Shown here one piece after another: positions 1 through 11,311 of a stretch of DNA of 64,000 nt; within the stretch, counting starts at the first letter, position 1; every line of letters starts with the position of its first letter. Below the pieces are notes generated by a model. It was given only the letters and a program-made list of their open reading frames with translations, was not told the origin of the DNA and searched no databases. A program made the translations under genes and the position numbers. The stretch comes from Bacteroidota bacterium. GTDB taxonomy: Bacteria > Bacteroidota > Bacteroidia > 2-12-FULL-35-15. Location: contig JAHEXZ010000018.1 in NCBI GenBank assembly GCA_023251835.1, forward strand, positions 1,383 through 65,382. Reading direction: 5' to 3'.

Positions 1-1347
1 GTATAAGTAGGATGAGCATGGCATATACGTGCTATGTCTTCAGCGCTGGCACGGTATTCCATTGCTACTACCGCTTCAGCAATAATGTCGGCAGCACGCG
101 GGCCTATCATGTGTACACCTAATATCTCATCTGTTGTTTCATCAGCAAGCACTTTTATAAAGCCTTCTGTATCCATGGAAGCACGGGCTCTTCCACTTGC
201 TTTAAAAGGAAAACTGCCGGCCCTGTATTTTCTACCTTGCTCTTTTAATTGTTCTTCAGTAAAACCAACAGCAGCTACCTCCGGCCAGGTATACACCACT
301 CCCGGGATTAAATTATAACTGATGTGGGGTTTTTGTCCGGCAATTGTTTCAGCAACAAATATTCCTTCTTCTTCTGCTTTGTGTGCCAGCATTGCTCCTT
401 TGGTTACATCTCCAATTGCATATATACCAGCGATATTGGTTTGCAAGTGTTCATCCGTTTCAATTCTACCACGGTTATCTGTTTTTACTCCTGCTTTATC
501 AAGTCCTAAATTATTGGTGTATGGTCTGCGGCCAACAGCCACAAGGCAGTAGTCGCCTTTCAATTCTACTTTTTCTCCTTTTGCATTATCTGCAATTACG
601 ATAACTTCTTTTCCTTTTGAAATAGCCTCTGTAACTTTGTGATTCAGATAAAACTCAAAGCCTAATTTTTTCAGACTTTTCTGAAGTTCCTTACCAAGCC
701 CGGCATCCATCGTACTTATAATTTCTGAAGTAAATTCTATGACTGATACCTTTGCTCCCAACCGCGCATATACCGAACCCAGTTCAAGCCCGATAACACC
801 GCCTCCAATAACAATAAGGTGTTTGGGGACTTCTGTTAGCCGCAATGCCTCAGTTGAAGTAATAATGCGTTTTTTATCTAGTTGAATGCCCGGTAATGAG
901 GATGGCTTAGAGCCTGTTGCAATAATGGTTTTAGCAGTTTCTATTTGTATTTTTTTCCCGTCTTCAGAAAGAATCTCAATTGTATTTTTGCTTACAAACG
1001 AACCATGCCCTGTAAAAACGGTAATTTTATTTTTTTTCATCAAAAAGTTAATCCCGTCACAAGTTTGCTTCACCACTTCATCTTTCCGTTTTATCATTTG
1101 TTTGAGATCCACCTTTAAATCTTTCAAATCGATACCATGCTCGCTAAACGTATGGCCAGCATTATAAAAATGTTCTGAGGAATCCAGCAAGGCCTTGGAA
1201 GGAATACATCCTACATTCAAACAAGTACCGCCAAGCGTATTGTAACGCTCAACAATTGCAGTTCTCATTCCCAACTGGGCACAACGAATTGCAGCCACGT
1301 AGCCCCCCGGGCCGGAACCGATAATTGTAACGTCAAATTTTTCCATT
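1..1347 (-). CDS. lpdA: dihydrolipoyl dehydrogenase (E3 component); 3' end cut by window edge
   Basis: Minus-strand translation from the ATG at 1347 reads MEKFDVTIIGSGPGGYVAAIRCAQLG (FAD GxGxxG). It has the redox-active CLNVGCIPSK motif and a HAHPT(Y) dimer-interface motif near the window edge. The plus-strand ORFs in the track here are antisense artefacts. Confidence 0.9.
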
Positions 1348-1370
1348 GTATTTAAATCCCTTCAAAGTTA

Positions 1371-2975
1371 CTACTTTCTAATAATCTTAAAACGCAAAAG
1401 CCAGGAATATATAATCAAAACAAAAGAGAGGTACATGGCGAAACGGGCAATAAAATCACCATATCGGGTATAAAAGGTTAACTTATTATTGATGTTAATT
1501 TTTGTTTTTATAACAGCGGGAGTCCACCATGTTGTAGCTTGTTGTATTTCTCCTGTATCAGTTATAAGGCAGGAAATGCCCGTATTTGCCGACCGTGCTA
1601 TGTATCTTCTTGTTTCAATAGCTCTTAACCTGCCATATTTAAGATGCTGACGGTAACCTGGAGTATCGCCCCACCAACCGTCATTGGTAATAATTGCAAT
1701 AAAAGAGGCTCCTTTTTTTACATAATCAGAAACATATTCGCCATAAACACTTTCATAACATATTACGGGGGCTGCTTTTATCTTTTCATCTTCCGAAACA
1801 AACACCGTACGTTCATCCTGGGTTCCCAGACTTCCTGTTGTACCTCCCATATCAATTGCTAAATTCTCTATATACTTAAAAATAAAAGGGAAGGGCATTT
1901 TTTCAACACCGGGAACCAATTTTGATTTATGATAAACCTGTATTTTATTAGTGCTATCCAATTGAAGTGCTGTATTATAGGCATCGTAATAGGCATCCTG
2001 ATGCTTGAATTTACGGGCGGTTGATGACAATGGCTCATTGGGTTGATATATTCTGGCAGTAGATGCCCCTGCAATAATTTTTAGCCGGGGATATGATTTT
2101 AAAAATTGTTTTAAAATATGAATACTGCTGCTTTGCTCTATTTGTCCTTCCCAAATATCTTCTGTTAAAGCAGTTTCAGGAAATATCAGATAGTCTGTTG
2201 CGGAATCTGTTTTTTCAGAAGCCAGTTTCAACATTTTTTGCAGTTGTTCTTCATAATCTGCTACAAATTTTTCGTTATATGGGTCGATGTTGGGCTGAAC
2301 AATAACTGCATTAACAGATTCCTTTAAGTTATCAGGAAAGGCCAGGATACAGTAGGAAACTATAATAGGAAGTGTTAGTAATGCTGCCAACCCTGCTATT
2401 TTATTTCTATTAATTTTTCCAAAATTTTCTTTCTGACTAAAATCATACTTCGAAATTATATTAAAAAAAAATCCATTTACAACCAGTATCCACAGGCTGC
2501 CGGCAAAAACACCGGTGTATTCATACCATTGAATCCAGTTGGGCACCTCAGCAAAAGCATTTCCAAGAGTAAGCCAGGTCCAGGTCAAATCCCAATCGTG
2601 GTGTAAAAATTCAAATGTTATCCAAAAACTAATAAATAACAGTACACCCCATTTTTCGCCAATTCTTTTTTTTACGTTATGAAACAATAAAAAAGTAATG
2701 GTCATCAATAAAGCATTGCATGTAATAGCCATAACAGCACCACCAAGAGAAGCATTTTTTATCCACCAGGTAGTTAAAATGTTCCATAAAAGAAATACGA
2801 AATAAGTACAGGTGAAAAGAGTTAACGATTTGTATTTATGAGGGTTTTGAAATATAATATGTTCCACCATCAGTAATGGTACAAATGCAATAAAGAGTAA
2901 AGGAGTAAAACCATTGGGAAACCAACCAAAAGCCAGTAATAATGCGCTTAGGAGAGAGAGTAAAATTAGTTGCAT
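1371..2975 (-). CDS. lnt: apolipoprotein N-acyltransferase
   Basis: 534 aa with multi-TM N-terminal half (MQLILLSLLSALLLAFGW...) followed by a CN-hydrolase (nitrilase-like) domain; architecture and length are typical of Lnt. Confidence 0.8.
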   Translation of the reverse strand: MQLILLSLLSALLLAFGWFPNGFTPLLFIAFVPLLMVEHIIFQNPHKYKSLTLFTCTYFVFLLWNILTTWWIKNASLGGAVMAITCNALLMTITFLLFHNVKKRIGEKWGVLLFISFWITFEFLHHDWDLTWTWLTLGNAFAEVPNWIQWYEYTGVFAGSLWILVVNGFFFNIISKYDFSQKENFGKINRNKIAGLAALLTLPIIVSYCILAFPDNLKESVNAVIVQPNIDPYNEKFVADYEEQLQKMLKLASEKTDSATDYLIFPETALTEDIWEGQIEQSSSIHILKQFLKSYPRLKIIAGASTARIYQPNEPLSSTARKFKHQDAYYDAYNTALQLDSTNKIQVYHKSKLVPGVEKMPFPFIFKYIENLAIDMGGTTGSLGTQDERTVFVSEDEKIKAAPVICYESVYGEYVSDYVKKGASFIAIITNDGWWGDTPGYRQHLKYGRLRAIETRRYIARSANTGISCLITDTGEIQQATTWWTPAVIKTKININNKLTFYTRYGDFIARFAMYLSFVLIIYSWLLRFKIIRK

Positions 2976-3077
2976 CTACTACGAATTACGAATCTGCGAA
3001 TTTCCGCGAATAGCGAACCAAAACCAGACTGGTTCAACGATCTATGTTTAAAATTTAAAATTCCTTATTCTTTGAAT

Positions 3078-4151
3078 TTATTTTTTATTTATATCAACTT
3101 TAACAGAGAATATGTTTGAATAAAGAGCTGCCGACTGGTCGCCAATATCCGTTAATGCATAATCAATGGTGATTGATTTTATTTTCACACCTATACCGAT
3201 GTTTGGCTGAAAAGTTTTGATTTTTTTACCTATAGCATCTGTATAAGACTGATAGTTCCCCACTCCTGCTCTTAGAAACACCAGGTTCATGTAGGAGCCT
3301 TCAAGGCCAAAATGAGGATCCATGCTTAAAACATTGCTTTTAATCAGCACATTACGTTCCCCATCAAAAGTTGCATCTATATTAAACTCTGTAAGCAGCG
3401 ATATATTACGAGGAAACTCGAATTTACGTGCGCCTCCTACTAATAGTTTAGGCAAGGTGATTTCAACGGAGTTCTCAGGTATCTCATTGCCAGTAGCAGT
3501 AAATACGGCTTTGGTTTCATCAGAAAGGTTGAATGTCCATGCATTAAAGGTAGAGGTAACATCACGCGCCATTGCAGCAAATTTCCATTTTTTATAACTA
3601 TATAGTGCTCCCGCATCTAAGCCAAATCCCCATGCTCCGGCAAAGTTGCCTATTTTTCTACGAATAATTTTAGCACTGGCCCCAAGCTGCAAACCCGGAA
3701 TTTTGAGTGTTTTTACATAGGAAAGTATAAATGCATAATCAACTGCGGAAAACGTGGTAATCCTGCTATAATCTACATTACCATTTGCATTTATCAATTC
3801 TGTAGTATTGGGGATATCATCTACTCCAAAACGTATTATTGTGGCAGCCACCACACTTGAGCTATCTAAACGTGTTGCGTAAGCCCCATAGTCGTATTTG
3901 GCAATACCTGCAAAATATTCACTGTGCATTAATGCCACCTGATGCTGGTTACCAATGCCAGATAAGCCTGCCGGGTTCCAGTAACCTGCAGTAACATCAT
4001 TTGCTGAAGTGATGTAGGAATTAGACATTCCCAAAGCCCTTGCTCCCACCCCAACATTCAGAAATTCATTGCTGTATTTGGGAGCCTGTGCATAGCCATA
4101 CAGGTAAATGTTTACTATAAATGCGATTAATACAGATAATTTTTTAATCAT
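3078..4151 (-). CDS. FadL/PorV-like outer-membrane beta-barrel protein
   Basis: Signal peptide MIKKLSVLIAFIVNIYLYGYAQA. The N-terminal NEFLNVGVGARALGMSNSYITSANDVTAGYWNPAGL resembles the FadL-family hatch motif (NEF..G.GRA..G...A.D.....NPA). Ends in a C-terminal aromatic-rich beta-barrel. The track ORF extends to 4232, but the likely start is the internal MIKK. Confidence 0.55.
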   Translation of the reverse strand: MIKKLSVLIAFIVNIYLYGYAQAPKYSNEFLNVGVGARALGMSNSYITSANDVTAGYWNPAGLSGIGNQHQVALMHSEYFAGIAKYDYGAYATRLDSSSVVAATIIRFGVDDIPNTTELINANGNVDYSRITTFSAVDYAFILSYVKTLKIPGLQLGASAKIIRRKIGNFAGAWGFGLDAGALYSYKKWKFAAMARDVTSTFNAWTFNLSDETKAVFTATGNEIPENSVEITLPKLLVGGARKFEFPRNISLLTEFNIDATFDGERNVLIKSNVLSMDPHFGLEGSYMNLVFLRAGVGNYQSYTDAIGKKIKTFQPNIGIGVKIKSITIDYALTDIGDQSAALYSNIFSVKVDINKK

Positions 4152-4478
4152 AACGGACGATAAAAATAAGCTAAAATTCTCACATCTTTTCAAATTATGA
4201 GCTTTGCTCCAAGCCAGTGTCAAAAAACGCATTTTTATATTTTTTATTGCCTGATTCCTTTAAAACAGTATTTTCGTATTGTTTATTTGAAACAAGAAAA
4301 TCGTACTTTCGAAATTTGCAAGAAGACCTCACCTAAATCATCTCCAAAGGAGAGGACTTAAAGGGAGGCAAAACAAATTTATTGAAACCAAAGCCTTGCA
4401 CTGTATGGAGGAGCCCCTCTTAGAGAAAGTGTTAATCTATATGCCAGTAAGCAAGGTTTCGAAATTAATGGATGAACA

Positions 4479-5201
4479 ATGAACATTAAAAAACATATAC
4501 CAAACAGCATTACCTGCGGTAATTTATTATGTGGCTGTTTAGCCATTGTTGCTGCTTTTCAGGGAGATTTGCTTTGGAGCGCTTATTTAGTGGGTATTGC
4601 TGCTGTTCTTGATTTTTTTGATGGTTTTACAGCCCGGCTTTTAAATGTGCACTCGGAAATTGGGAAACAACTAGATTCACTGGCAGATGTGGTTACGTTT
4701 GGTGTTGTTCCGGGAGTGGTAATGTATCACTTGCTACTGTTGGCATTTGCGGGTGAGGCAATAAATAGTATTACAATTTGCAGCGTTTATACAGCCTTTT
4801 TGATTCCTATATTTTCTGCCCTGAGATTGGCTAAATTTAATATTGATACCCGTCAAAGCACCTCATTTATAGGAGTCCCTACTCCTGCAAATGCGATTTT
4901 AATCTGTTCTCTGCCCTTGATACAGTTTTTTCAACCAACAATAGGGAGTTTTAGTACCGCCACAATAATCGAAAATAAATATTTTTTATTAGGGTTAACA
5001 TTACTTATGTCCTTTCTAATGGTAGCTGAATTGCCACTATTTGCGCTCAAATTCAAAAATTTTGGCTGGACTGATAATAAAATCCGTTATACGTTTATAC
5101 TTGTTGCATTGATATTATTATTTATCTTTCACTTTATAGCAATTCCCATTATTGTATTTTTGTATATCATTTTATCGGTGGTAAATCGAGAGAAAAGTTA
5201 A
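4479..5201 (+). CDS. pssA: CDP-diacylglycerol--serine O-phosphatidyltransferase (CDP-alcohol phosphatidyltransferase family)
   Basis: 240 aa multi-TM; CDP-OH_P_transf motif DFFDGFTARLLNVHSEIGKQLDSLADVVTFGV (D-G-x2-A-R-x8-G-x3-D-x3-D). Confidence 0.8.
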   Translation: MNIKKHIPNSITCGNLLCGCLAIVAAFQGDLLWSAYLVGIAAVLDFFDGFTARLLNVHSEIGKQLDSLADVVTFGVVPGVVMYHLLLLAFAGEAINSITICSVYTAFLIPIFSALRLAKFNIDTRQSTSFIGVPTPANAILICSLPLIQFFQPTIGSFSTATIIENKYFLLGLTLLMSFLMVAELPLFALKFKNFGWTDNKIRYTFILVALILLFIFHFIAIPIIVFLYIILSVVNREKS

Positions 5202-5213
5202 TGGGTTAGTTGT

Positions 5214-5266
5214 TATACTTCATCTGAATGAATTTGCAAAAAGCAGCAAACTCATTCGCTCAGTAT
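5214..5266. repeat. 53-nt palindromic intergenic repeat, copy 1
   Basis: TATACTTCATCTGAATGAATTTGCAAAAAGCAGCAAACTCATTCGCTCAGTAT; 12-bp stem GAATGAATTTGC/GCAAACTCATTC with 8-nt loop, outer ATACT/AGTAT arms; 13 nt after pssA stop. Confidence 0.8.
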
Positions 5267-5347
5267 TGCTGAATCTAACCGCCTTTGCTATCGCAAATTC
5301 AGTAAAATTCAGTATAATAGTAATTAGGAACAAATAATTAAATATCT

Positions 5348-5599
5348 ATGAAATACAGAGCAGAAATAGATGTAATGCCTTTAAAAGCATTGTTAGATCC
5401 TCAGGGTAAAGCGGTTACAGGAAGCATGAAAAATCTTGGTTTACCAGGAATTGAGAATGTACGTATTGGTAAACATATAACGCTGGAAATTGAAGCAGCA
5501 TCAAAAGATATTGCAGCAACAAAAGTGGATGAAGCATGTAAAAAACTACTTGCCAACCAGATTATGGAATCGTATGAATTTGAGCTTTTTGAGAATTAA
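5348..5599 (+). CDS. purS: phosphoribosylformylglycinamidine synthase subunit PurS
   Basis: 83 aa, [54 protein letters not shown] is a typical PurS sequence. Confidence 0.85.
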   Translation: MKYRAEIDVMPLKALLDPQGKAVTGSMKNLGLPGIENVRIGKHITLEIEAASKDIAATKVDEACKKLLANQIMESYEFELFEN

Positions 5600-6339
5600 C
5601 TGTTAATCTCCGACTTTTTACGCAGCTCAAAATTTTTACCCAGATACACTCTTCGTACCTGTTCATCATTAGCTAATTCTTCGGCAGTTCCGGCTTTGAG
5701 GATACTGCCTTCAAAAAGCAGGTAGGCTCTATCTGTTATTTGGAGCGTTTCCTGCACATTATGGTCTGTTATAAGGATACCAATATTTCGTTTTTTTAAT
5801 TCAGCAACAATAGTTTGGATATCTTCAACGGCAATAGGGTCAACACCGGCAAAAGGTTCATCGAGGAGAATAAATTTAGGGTCTGCCGCCAGACAACGTG
5901 CTATTTCGGTACGTCTGCGTTCACCACCAGAAAGTCTGTCGCCTGAGTTTTTACGTATATGCTGTAGGTGAAATTCGCCCAACAGTGTTTCCAGTTTTTC
6001 ATTTTGTTCCTGTTTGCTCAATTTGGTCATTTCGAGGATAGCACGAATATTATCTTCAACACTCAATTTTCTGAAAACCGATGCTTCCTGGGCCAGATAG
6101 CCAATACCCAGCTGGGCACGTTTGTACATAGGCAGATCGGTAATGTCTTTATCTTCCAGAAATATTTTACCCGAATTGGGTTGTATCATTCCAACGATCA
6201 TATAGAATGAAGTAGTTTTTCCAGCGCCATTTGGGCCTAAGAGGCCAACAATTTCACCTTGTTTTACTTCAACACTGACATTCTTAGCAACAGTGCGGTT
6301 TTTGTATTTTTTAATTAGGTTTTCGGTTCGCAGAATCAT
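5596..6339 (-). CDS. lptB: LPS export ABC transporter ATP-binding protein LptB
   Basis: 247 aa; Walker [10 protein letters not shown], signature LSGGERRR, Walker [13 protein letters not shown]; near-colinear with E. coli LptB including the C-terminal RVYLG. Confidence 0.9.
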   Translation of the reverse strand: MILRTENLIKKYKNRTVAKNVSVEVKQGEIVGLLGPNGAGKTTSFYMIVGMIQPNSGKIFLEDKDITDLPMYKRAQLGIGYLAQEASVFRKLSVEDNIRAILEMTKLSKQEQNEKLETLLGEFHLQHIRKNSGDRLSGGERRRTEIARCLAADPKFILLDEPFAGVDPIAVEDIQTIVAELKKRNIGILITDHNVQETLQITDRAYLLFEGSILKAGTAEELANDEQVRRVYLGKNFELRKKSEINS

Positions 6340-6395
6340 TGATTAAGTCAAAAAGTTAAAAGTTAAAAGGAGCCATGGCAATTGGCTCCCGGCTG

Positions 6396-8900
6396 TTAAA
6401 AATTAAACTGCATTGTTCCTTTAATAGTAAACGGAAGCGCTTTGGGATTATCTAAGTATGATAAACGCCATACAGCATCCAGCCGAAAAATTTTAAAAAT
6501 ATTCTCAACTCCAGCAGAAGCTTCCATATAAGGTCCTTTATTTAGTGTATGCAGGAAGTCAGGGAAAATAAGTACATTTTTGTTTTTGTCACTTACTCTT
6601 CCAACCAAAGCTTTTCCTCCAACAACTTCACGCCATTTCAGTTTTCTCATCAATGGTATCCTGTCAAGAAAAAAACCATCAAAATGATGTGAAATGGTTA
6701 AGGAGGCATATTCATCGCTGACAAATTCATAGTAATTCATGGCATTAAAAGCATATATATCATAAATATAGGTTTCATTTCCGCCATGTATAGTCATAAG
6801 CGGATAGGGCAATTTGCCCCAGGTTTTCCCATATTCGACTACATAATCAAAATAGCCTATTGGATTAATGCGGATACGATCATCAATATTGAAAGTTAAT
6901 TTTTGATAGTTATAATCACTAAAGAATAAATCTTTAATGCCCAATGTATACTGCACCTGAAGTATTGGATATTTTGTTCCCAGGCTTGCTCTGGAAAATG
7001 TTCCGTCAACATATTTTTCATTGTATGCAAATCTTGTAAGAAAACGTATTTCAGAAGTAACAATATTTTCTTTAAATGCAATTGTATTGGGTGTTTTTTC
7101 ATATTCATAATGAAAATCTGCCAAAGGCTGCATGCGTCTGTTATAGAAGCTTACCCGTGAAGTAAATCCTGTGAACCACTGACGTTCAATATAAGCATGT
7201 ACCTGACGTACATTGGTTAGGTTCCGTAAAGGAGTTATTCTGAAAAGTGAAGCAAGGATATTGTCTGTAGTAAATCCGTTCTGACTTTGGCCTAATATCT
7301 CATTATCGTTTCTATAATACATACCCACCATTGTACGTGATTTCTTTTCTATAAAGGAGCGCATACCAAAGCTGTATTTGAATTTTTCATCGCGCACACC
7401 AAAAGCTACATATCCACTTAATTCATACCATTTGCTGAATTTATCGCTTGTACGTCCACCAATACGAAAACGATTGCCTTCAATAACATTATAGCTGAAT
7501 ATATTATAGTACGGTCCGTATTCAAAATTGCCAATTGTTTTGTATCCGGTAACAAAAAGCTGGATAACATCAATCCATGTGCGGTATATGGGCAATGATT
7601 GGAGCGTATCCACCATGTGATAAATTTCTTTTTCTGCTTTAGACAGCGTATCATGACGATTTTTCTTCCAAAATTCATCTGTTTTGTTAAAGGCATCATC
7701 TTTGACTTTTAAATTATCAGTAATTGAATAAAAATCGTTTTCTCTGGGTTGATTGGTTTTAAAATTTGTATAAGATGCTGTTCTTCGTCCGTATATACCA
7801 AGCATTTTCTTTTTCTTCTGGTCGATGGGGTAAGGGTTAAAATCAATCACCAGCTTTTCTTTTTTCACCATCCATCCGCCATTCACAGGGGTAAATGTTT
7901 GAACCAATGAAGTAGCATTTATAAAATTGATATTAGCATCAGGGGTAATACTCATTTCTATCTGTTTAATGGCAAATGAAGAATCTGCAGCCCACAGGTT
8001 TCCAACAAACGCAAGCTCCTGTTTACGTTTGGGTTTAAACTGCAACTGATAGCATTTATATCCATCAATTTCCATGCTGTCAATAAGGTAAAACTTATAA
8101 TAGAACAAAGCATTATCAGAGATAGGGCTGGGAAAGTTTTTTCCAAATACAATTAATGTATTATCATAAATATTTATTTTCTGGTACATATCTCCCATGA
8201 ACTGGGAAACACTGGCATTTTCAATACCTGCTACTTTGCTTGCTTTAATAACTTCGTTATGTACTTTAGGAGCTTTGCGGTAATAATAATCTGAAATTGT
8301 TTCTGTCATAAACACGGGAAGATAAGGTTTTTCCTGGGCATTACTGCTATCAATATTATCAAAAACAAAAGAGAAAGGCTGTAGTAGTTTTTTGTTTTTA
8401 TAATCATCAGTGATGTTATTGATATCAAACTCAATTTTATTGTATACTTCATATTCATAAGCGGTGAAGCGTTCCACATCATTTTTTTCTTTATTTGCAA
8501 TAATTTTTCTCAGAATCCTGTGGGCTGGATTTTCGCCTGGGGTTACTTCTACTGTCATTAATTCAACACCTTGGGTAAGTCCTATATTTACCTGTTGTTC
8601 AATACCGTATTTAATTGCCCTGGAAACACGATTATAACCGATATAAGAGATAACAAGGGAATCAGGTTTTTCTGTAGTTATAACAGAATAATGGCCATCT
8701 ATATCAGTTGTAGCACCAGAGCGTGTACCTTTTAAGATTATATTAACAAAAGGCAGGGGTTCACGTGTATTGGCATCAACCACTTTACCAGTAACTTTAG
8801 TGGTTTGAGCAAAAGCCCCTCCCCATCCCTCTCCAAAGGGGAGAGCGAAAAATAAAAGAAGAAGGTAAATACCAATGAATGAACTACAATTTTTTGTCAA
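6396..8900 (-). CDS. carboxypeptidase-regulatory-like domain / DUF5686-type large secreted protein
   Basis: 834 aa, signal peptide, N-terminal CarbopepD_reg-like segment TGKVVDANTREPLPFVNIILKGTRSGATTDIDGHYSV, long beta-rich remainder. Confidence 0.55.
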   Translation of the reverse strand: MTKNCSSFIGIYLLLLFFALPFGEGWGGAFAQTTKVTGKVVDANTREPLPFVNIILKGTRSGATTDIDGHYSVITTEKPDSLVISYIGYNRVSRAIKYGIEQQVNIGLTQGVELMTVEVTPGENPAHRILRKIIANKEKNDVERFTAYEYEVYNKIEFDINNITDDYKNKKLLQPFSFVFDNIDSSNAQEKPYLPVFMTETISDYYYRKAPKVHNEVIKASKVAGIENASVSQFMGDMYQKINIYDNTLIVFGKNFPSPISDNALFYYKFYLIDSMEIDGYKCYQLQFKPKRKQELAFVGNLWAADSSFAIKQIEMSITPDANINFINATSLVQTFTPVNGGWMVKKEKLVIDFNPYPIDQKKKKMLGIYGRRTASYTNFKTNQPRENDFYSITDNLKVKDDAFNKTDEFWKKNRHDTLSKAEKEIYHMVDTLQSLPIYRTWIDVIQLFVTGYKTIGNFEYGPYYNIFSYNVIEGNRFRIGGRTSDKFSKWYELSGYVAFGVRDEKFKYSFGMRSFIEKKSRTMVGMYYRNDNEILGQSQNGFTTDNILASLFRITPLRNLTNVRQVHAYIERQWFTGFTSRVSFYNRRMQPLADFHYEYEKTPNTIAFKENIVTSEIRFLTRFAYNEKYVDGTFSRASLGTKYPILQVQYTLGIKDLFFSDYNYQKLTFNIDDRIRINPIGYFDYVVEYGKTWGKLPYPLMTIHGGNETYIYDIYAFNAMNYYEFVSDEYASLTISHHFDGFFLDRIPLMRKLKWREVVGGKALVGRVSDKNKNVLIFPDFLHTLNKGPYMEASAGVENIFKIFRLDAVWRLSYLDNPKALPFTIKGTMQFNF

Positions 8901-8961
8901 AACTGATTCTTTTTATTTTTCGAGGCAAAAACAACAATGATGCCACCAATGATTATACAAT

Positions 8962-9759
8962 TTACTTAGATGCCAATTTTAATTGCTGTTTAATAACATA
9001 AGCAGAAACAAATATACTTGCTTCATATAAAAAATACAATGGAAAAGCCACCAGCAGTTGCGAGGTAATATCCGGAGATGGAGTAATTACGGCTGCTACA
9101 ATAAGTATCACAACAACGGCATGTTTTCGGTATTTACGCATAAACTGCGGTGTGACTATTCCGAATTTGGTTAAGAAATAAACAATAACCGGCAGTTCAA
9201 ATACCAAACCGGAAGCGAGGGTAAGAGTAGTAACGGTAGATATATAAGAATCCATTGTAAAATTATTTTCTACCATAGCGCTTACCTGGTAATTTCCCAG
9301 GAAGTTGATTGTTAACGGAACAATAATATAATAGCTAAAAAGCACCCCTATAATAAAAAGTGCGGAAGAAGCTGCGATGAAGCCTGTAGAAGCTTTTTTT
9401 TCTTTTTCGTGTAATGCCGGCCTGATGAAACGCCACAATTCCCATAGTAAATAAGGCGAACCTAGTATAAGTCCACCCAGAAAGGCAATCCACATTTGTG
9501 ATGTGAACTGGTCAGCCAGACCAAGGCTTTGGAGTTTAAATGTATAGTGACCAAAGCAGAGTTGGTCTTCTAATTCAAGCAAGTGAGAAAGTTTACAAAA
9601 CCCCCGATAAGTAAGAAAATTGTTATTCAAGGGGCCAAAAATAATTGTATCAAACAAAAACTCCGGGAAACAAAATAGCACCACAGTAAGTATCGCTACT
9701 ACAATTACAGAGCGTATAATATGTTTCCTAAGGGTTTCAATATGTCCCCAAAAGGACAT
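8962..9759 (-). CDS. tatC: twin-arginine translocase subunit TatC
   Basis: MSFWGHIETLRKHIIRSVIVVAILTVVLFCF... plus 6 TM segments typical of TatC. The track ORF starts upstream at 9855, but the TatC consensus begins at MSFWGH. Confidence 0.85.
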   Translation of the reverse strand: MSFWGHIETLRKHIIRSVIVVAILTVVLFCFPEFLFDTIIFGPLNNNFLTYRGFCKLSHLLELEDQLCFGHYTFKLQSLGLADQFTSQMWIAFLGGLILGSPYLLWELWRFIRPALHEKEKKASTGFIAASSALFIIGVLFSYYIIVPLTINFLGNYQVSAMVENNFTMDSYISTVTTLTLASGLVFELPVIVYFLTKFGIVTPQFMRKYRKHAVVVILIVAAVITPSPDITSQLLVAFPLYFLYEASIFVSAYVIKQQLKLASK

Positions 9760-9833
9760 TTCACCTATGTTATTAGTTGATTTATTAAAAAGTCCGAAAA
9801 GTGCCATAAATTGGGGTGTAAAGTTAACAGAAT

Positions 9834-11303
9834 TTGGTTCAATATGAAGGAGCAAATTACAAACTAAAAAATTACTTACCTTTGAAACTTATGAAAGAGA
9901 ATATTACCCGTTATCTGCCTTTTGCGACTATTGCAACTGTTGCAATAATGCTACTATCCCTGCATTTTGGATGGTTAAATATGTTTTCATTTGACTCCGA
10001 ATATGCAAATGTTCAGGGCATCGACTATTTTGCCGTGCCTAAATCATTTATAAATTTACTGGAAGGAAGGAGTATTTTCGATACCTGGGGAGGTACACCT
10101 TATGGCCCTCGTGCCACCTGGTACTTGGCACATCCGGCATTCAGCCTGTTTGTGGCTTCCTGGTTTTCATTTTTTCCGCCCTGGATAAGTTACTGGTTGT
10201 TTATTCTTTTTTCAGTTGCTATAATGGCTTATTGTGGACATATAATTTCAAAAACTACAACTTCTACCTTAAACAAACATCTTGCTTATTTTTTGATGCT
10301 ATGTGCTTTTCCGGTTTACTGGATGTTGTATGTAGGAAACATGCAGGCTCCATTGGTATTGGCACTTGCTTTAATAGTAGTTGCTGTGTATGAATTAACA
10401 TATTCAGAAAAGGAGTCGGATATGAAAGCAGCCAATCAAAAGCTATTGGCGGGATTACTTATTTCCTTCTTTAGCAAACCTATCGTATTACTCATGCTCC
10501 CTCTGCTACTTTTTACAAAAGAAACGCGCAGAATAACAATTATAAGTTTATTTATTTATGTTATTGTTTCATTCATTTTTATTATAGTTCCTGTACTAAA
10601 CCCCGAAGGTATTGGCTGGAATAAGCTGATGAGCATTGTGTTTGATTTTGATTTTATAAAAGAAAACATGAATATTTATAAAAATCAGTACAAACTAAAC
10701 GAGTATATGAAGGATAACAGTATCCATTGGTTAAACCTGATAGCACAATCGGAATATAAGTTTATGCACATTGATGTTTTTTCATTACCGGTTTTTATTG
10801 ACACTATCGTTGGGAAGAGCATATCTGCAGGAATATATAAAATACCAATATACATCAGTTTGTTTTTATCCGTGGGAGTTGCAGTAATAAAGGATGTAAA
10901 GATCCGCCTTGAAAGTACATTACTGCTGATTATGGCTATTTCGCTTTCTTTCTTTTTAAGTTATAATACTATATGGGAATACCAATTTACTTCTGTATTG
11001 CCCATTATTGCATTGATGCCGATGTTAAAAGAGAGGGGTGTTTTTTACAGAAAATATATATCACTAATGTGTTGGATAGGAGCACTTATTTACCTTCCCA
11101 GCTTTTATTTTTTAGTACGAGGTGGTGATTTTAGCGGCAATGCTTTAACAATAATCCGTCTTGATAGAATTATACCTGTTCTTTTATTGTTTTTAATAAT
11201 GATATTACAAGTAGGTATAGCTGTTAAAAAGCACGCTCATTTCAAGCAAATGAGCAGGTTTCGTATTCCTGAGAATTTTCCTGAAAAATTATTTTTTGAG
11301 TGA
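9834..11303 (+). CDS. multi-pass integral membrane protein, possible GT-C-fold glycosyltransferase
   Basis: 489 aa, >10 predicted TM helices, first loop FDSEYANVQGIDYF with acidic residues; first gene of the plus-strand membrane-protein block; start could be the internal MKEN at 9891. Confidence 0.45.
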   Translation: MVQYEGANYKLKNYLPLKLMKENITRYLPFATIATVAIMLLSLHFGWLNMFSFDSEYANVQGIDYFAVPKSFINLLEGRSIFDTWGGTPYGPRATWYLAHPAFSLFVASWFSFFPPWISYWLFILFSVAIMAYCGHIISKTTTSTLNKHLAYFLMLCAFPVYWMLYVGNMQAPLVLALALIVVAVYELTYSEKESDMKAANQKLLAGLLISFFSKPIVLLMLPLLLFTKETRRITIISLFIYVIVSFIFIIVPVLNPEGIGWNKLMSIVFDFDFIKENMNIYKNQYKLNEYMKDNSIHWLNLIAQSEYKFMHIDVFSLPVFIDTIVGKSISAGIYKIPIYISLFLSVGVAVIKDVKIRLESTLLLIMAISLSFFLSYNTIWEYQFTSVLPIIALMPMLKERGVFYRKYISLMCWIGALIYLPSFYFLVRGGDFSGNALTIIRLDRIIPVLLLFLIMILQVGIAVKKHAHFKQMSRFRIPENFPEKLFFE

Positions 11304-11311
11304 GCTTATAA

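Noticed and set aside
34-1167. Plus-strand ORFs (34..318, 322..552, 324..509, 344..604, 886..1167) in the ORF track
   Set aside because: They lie antisense to a continuous, well-conserved lpdA reading frame on the minus strand and have low-complexity translations. They are classic shadow ORFs.
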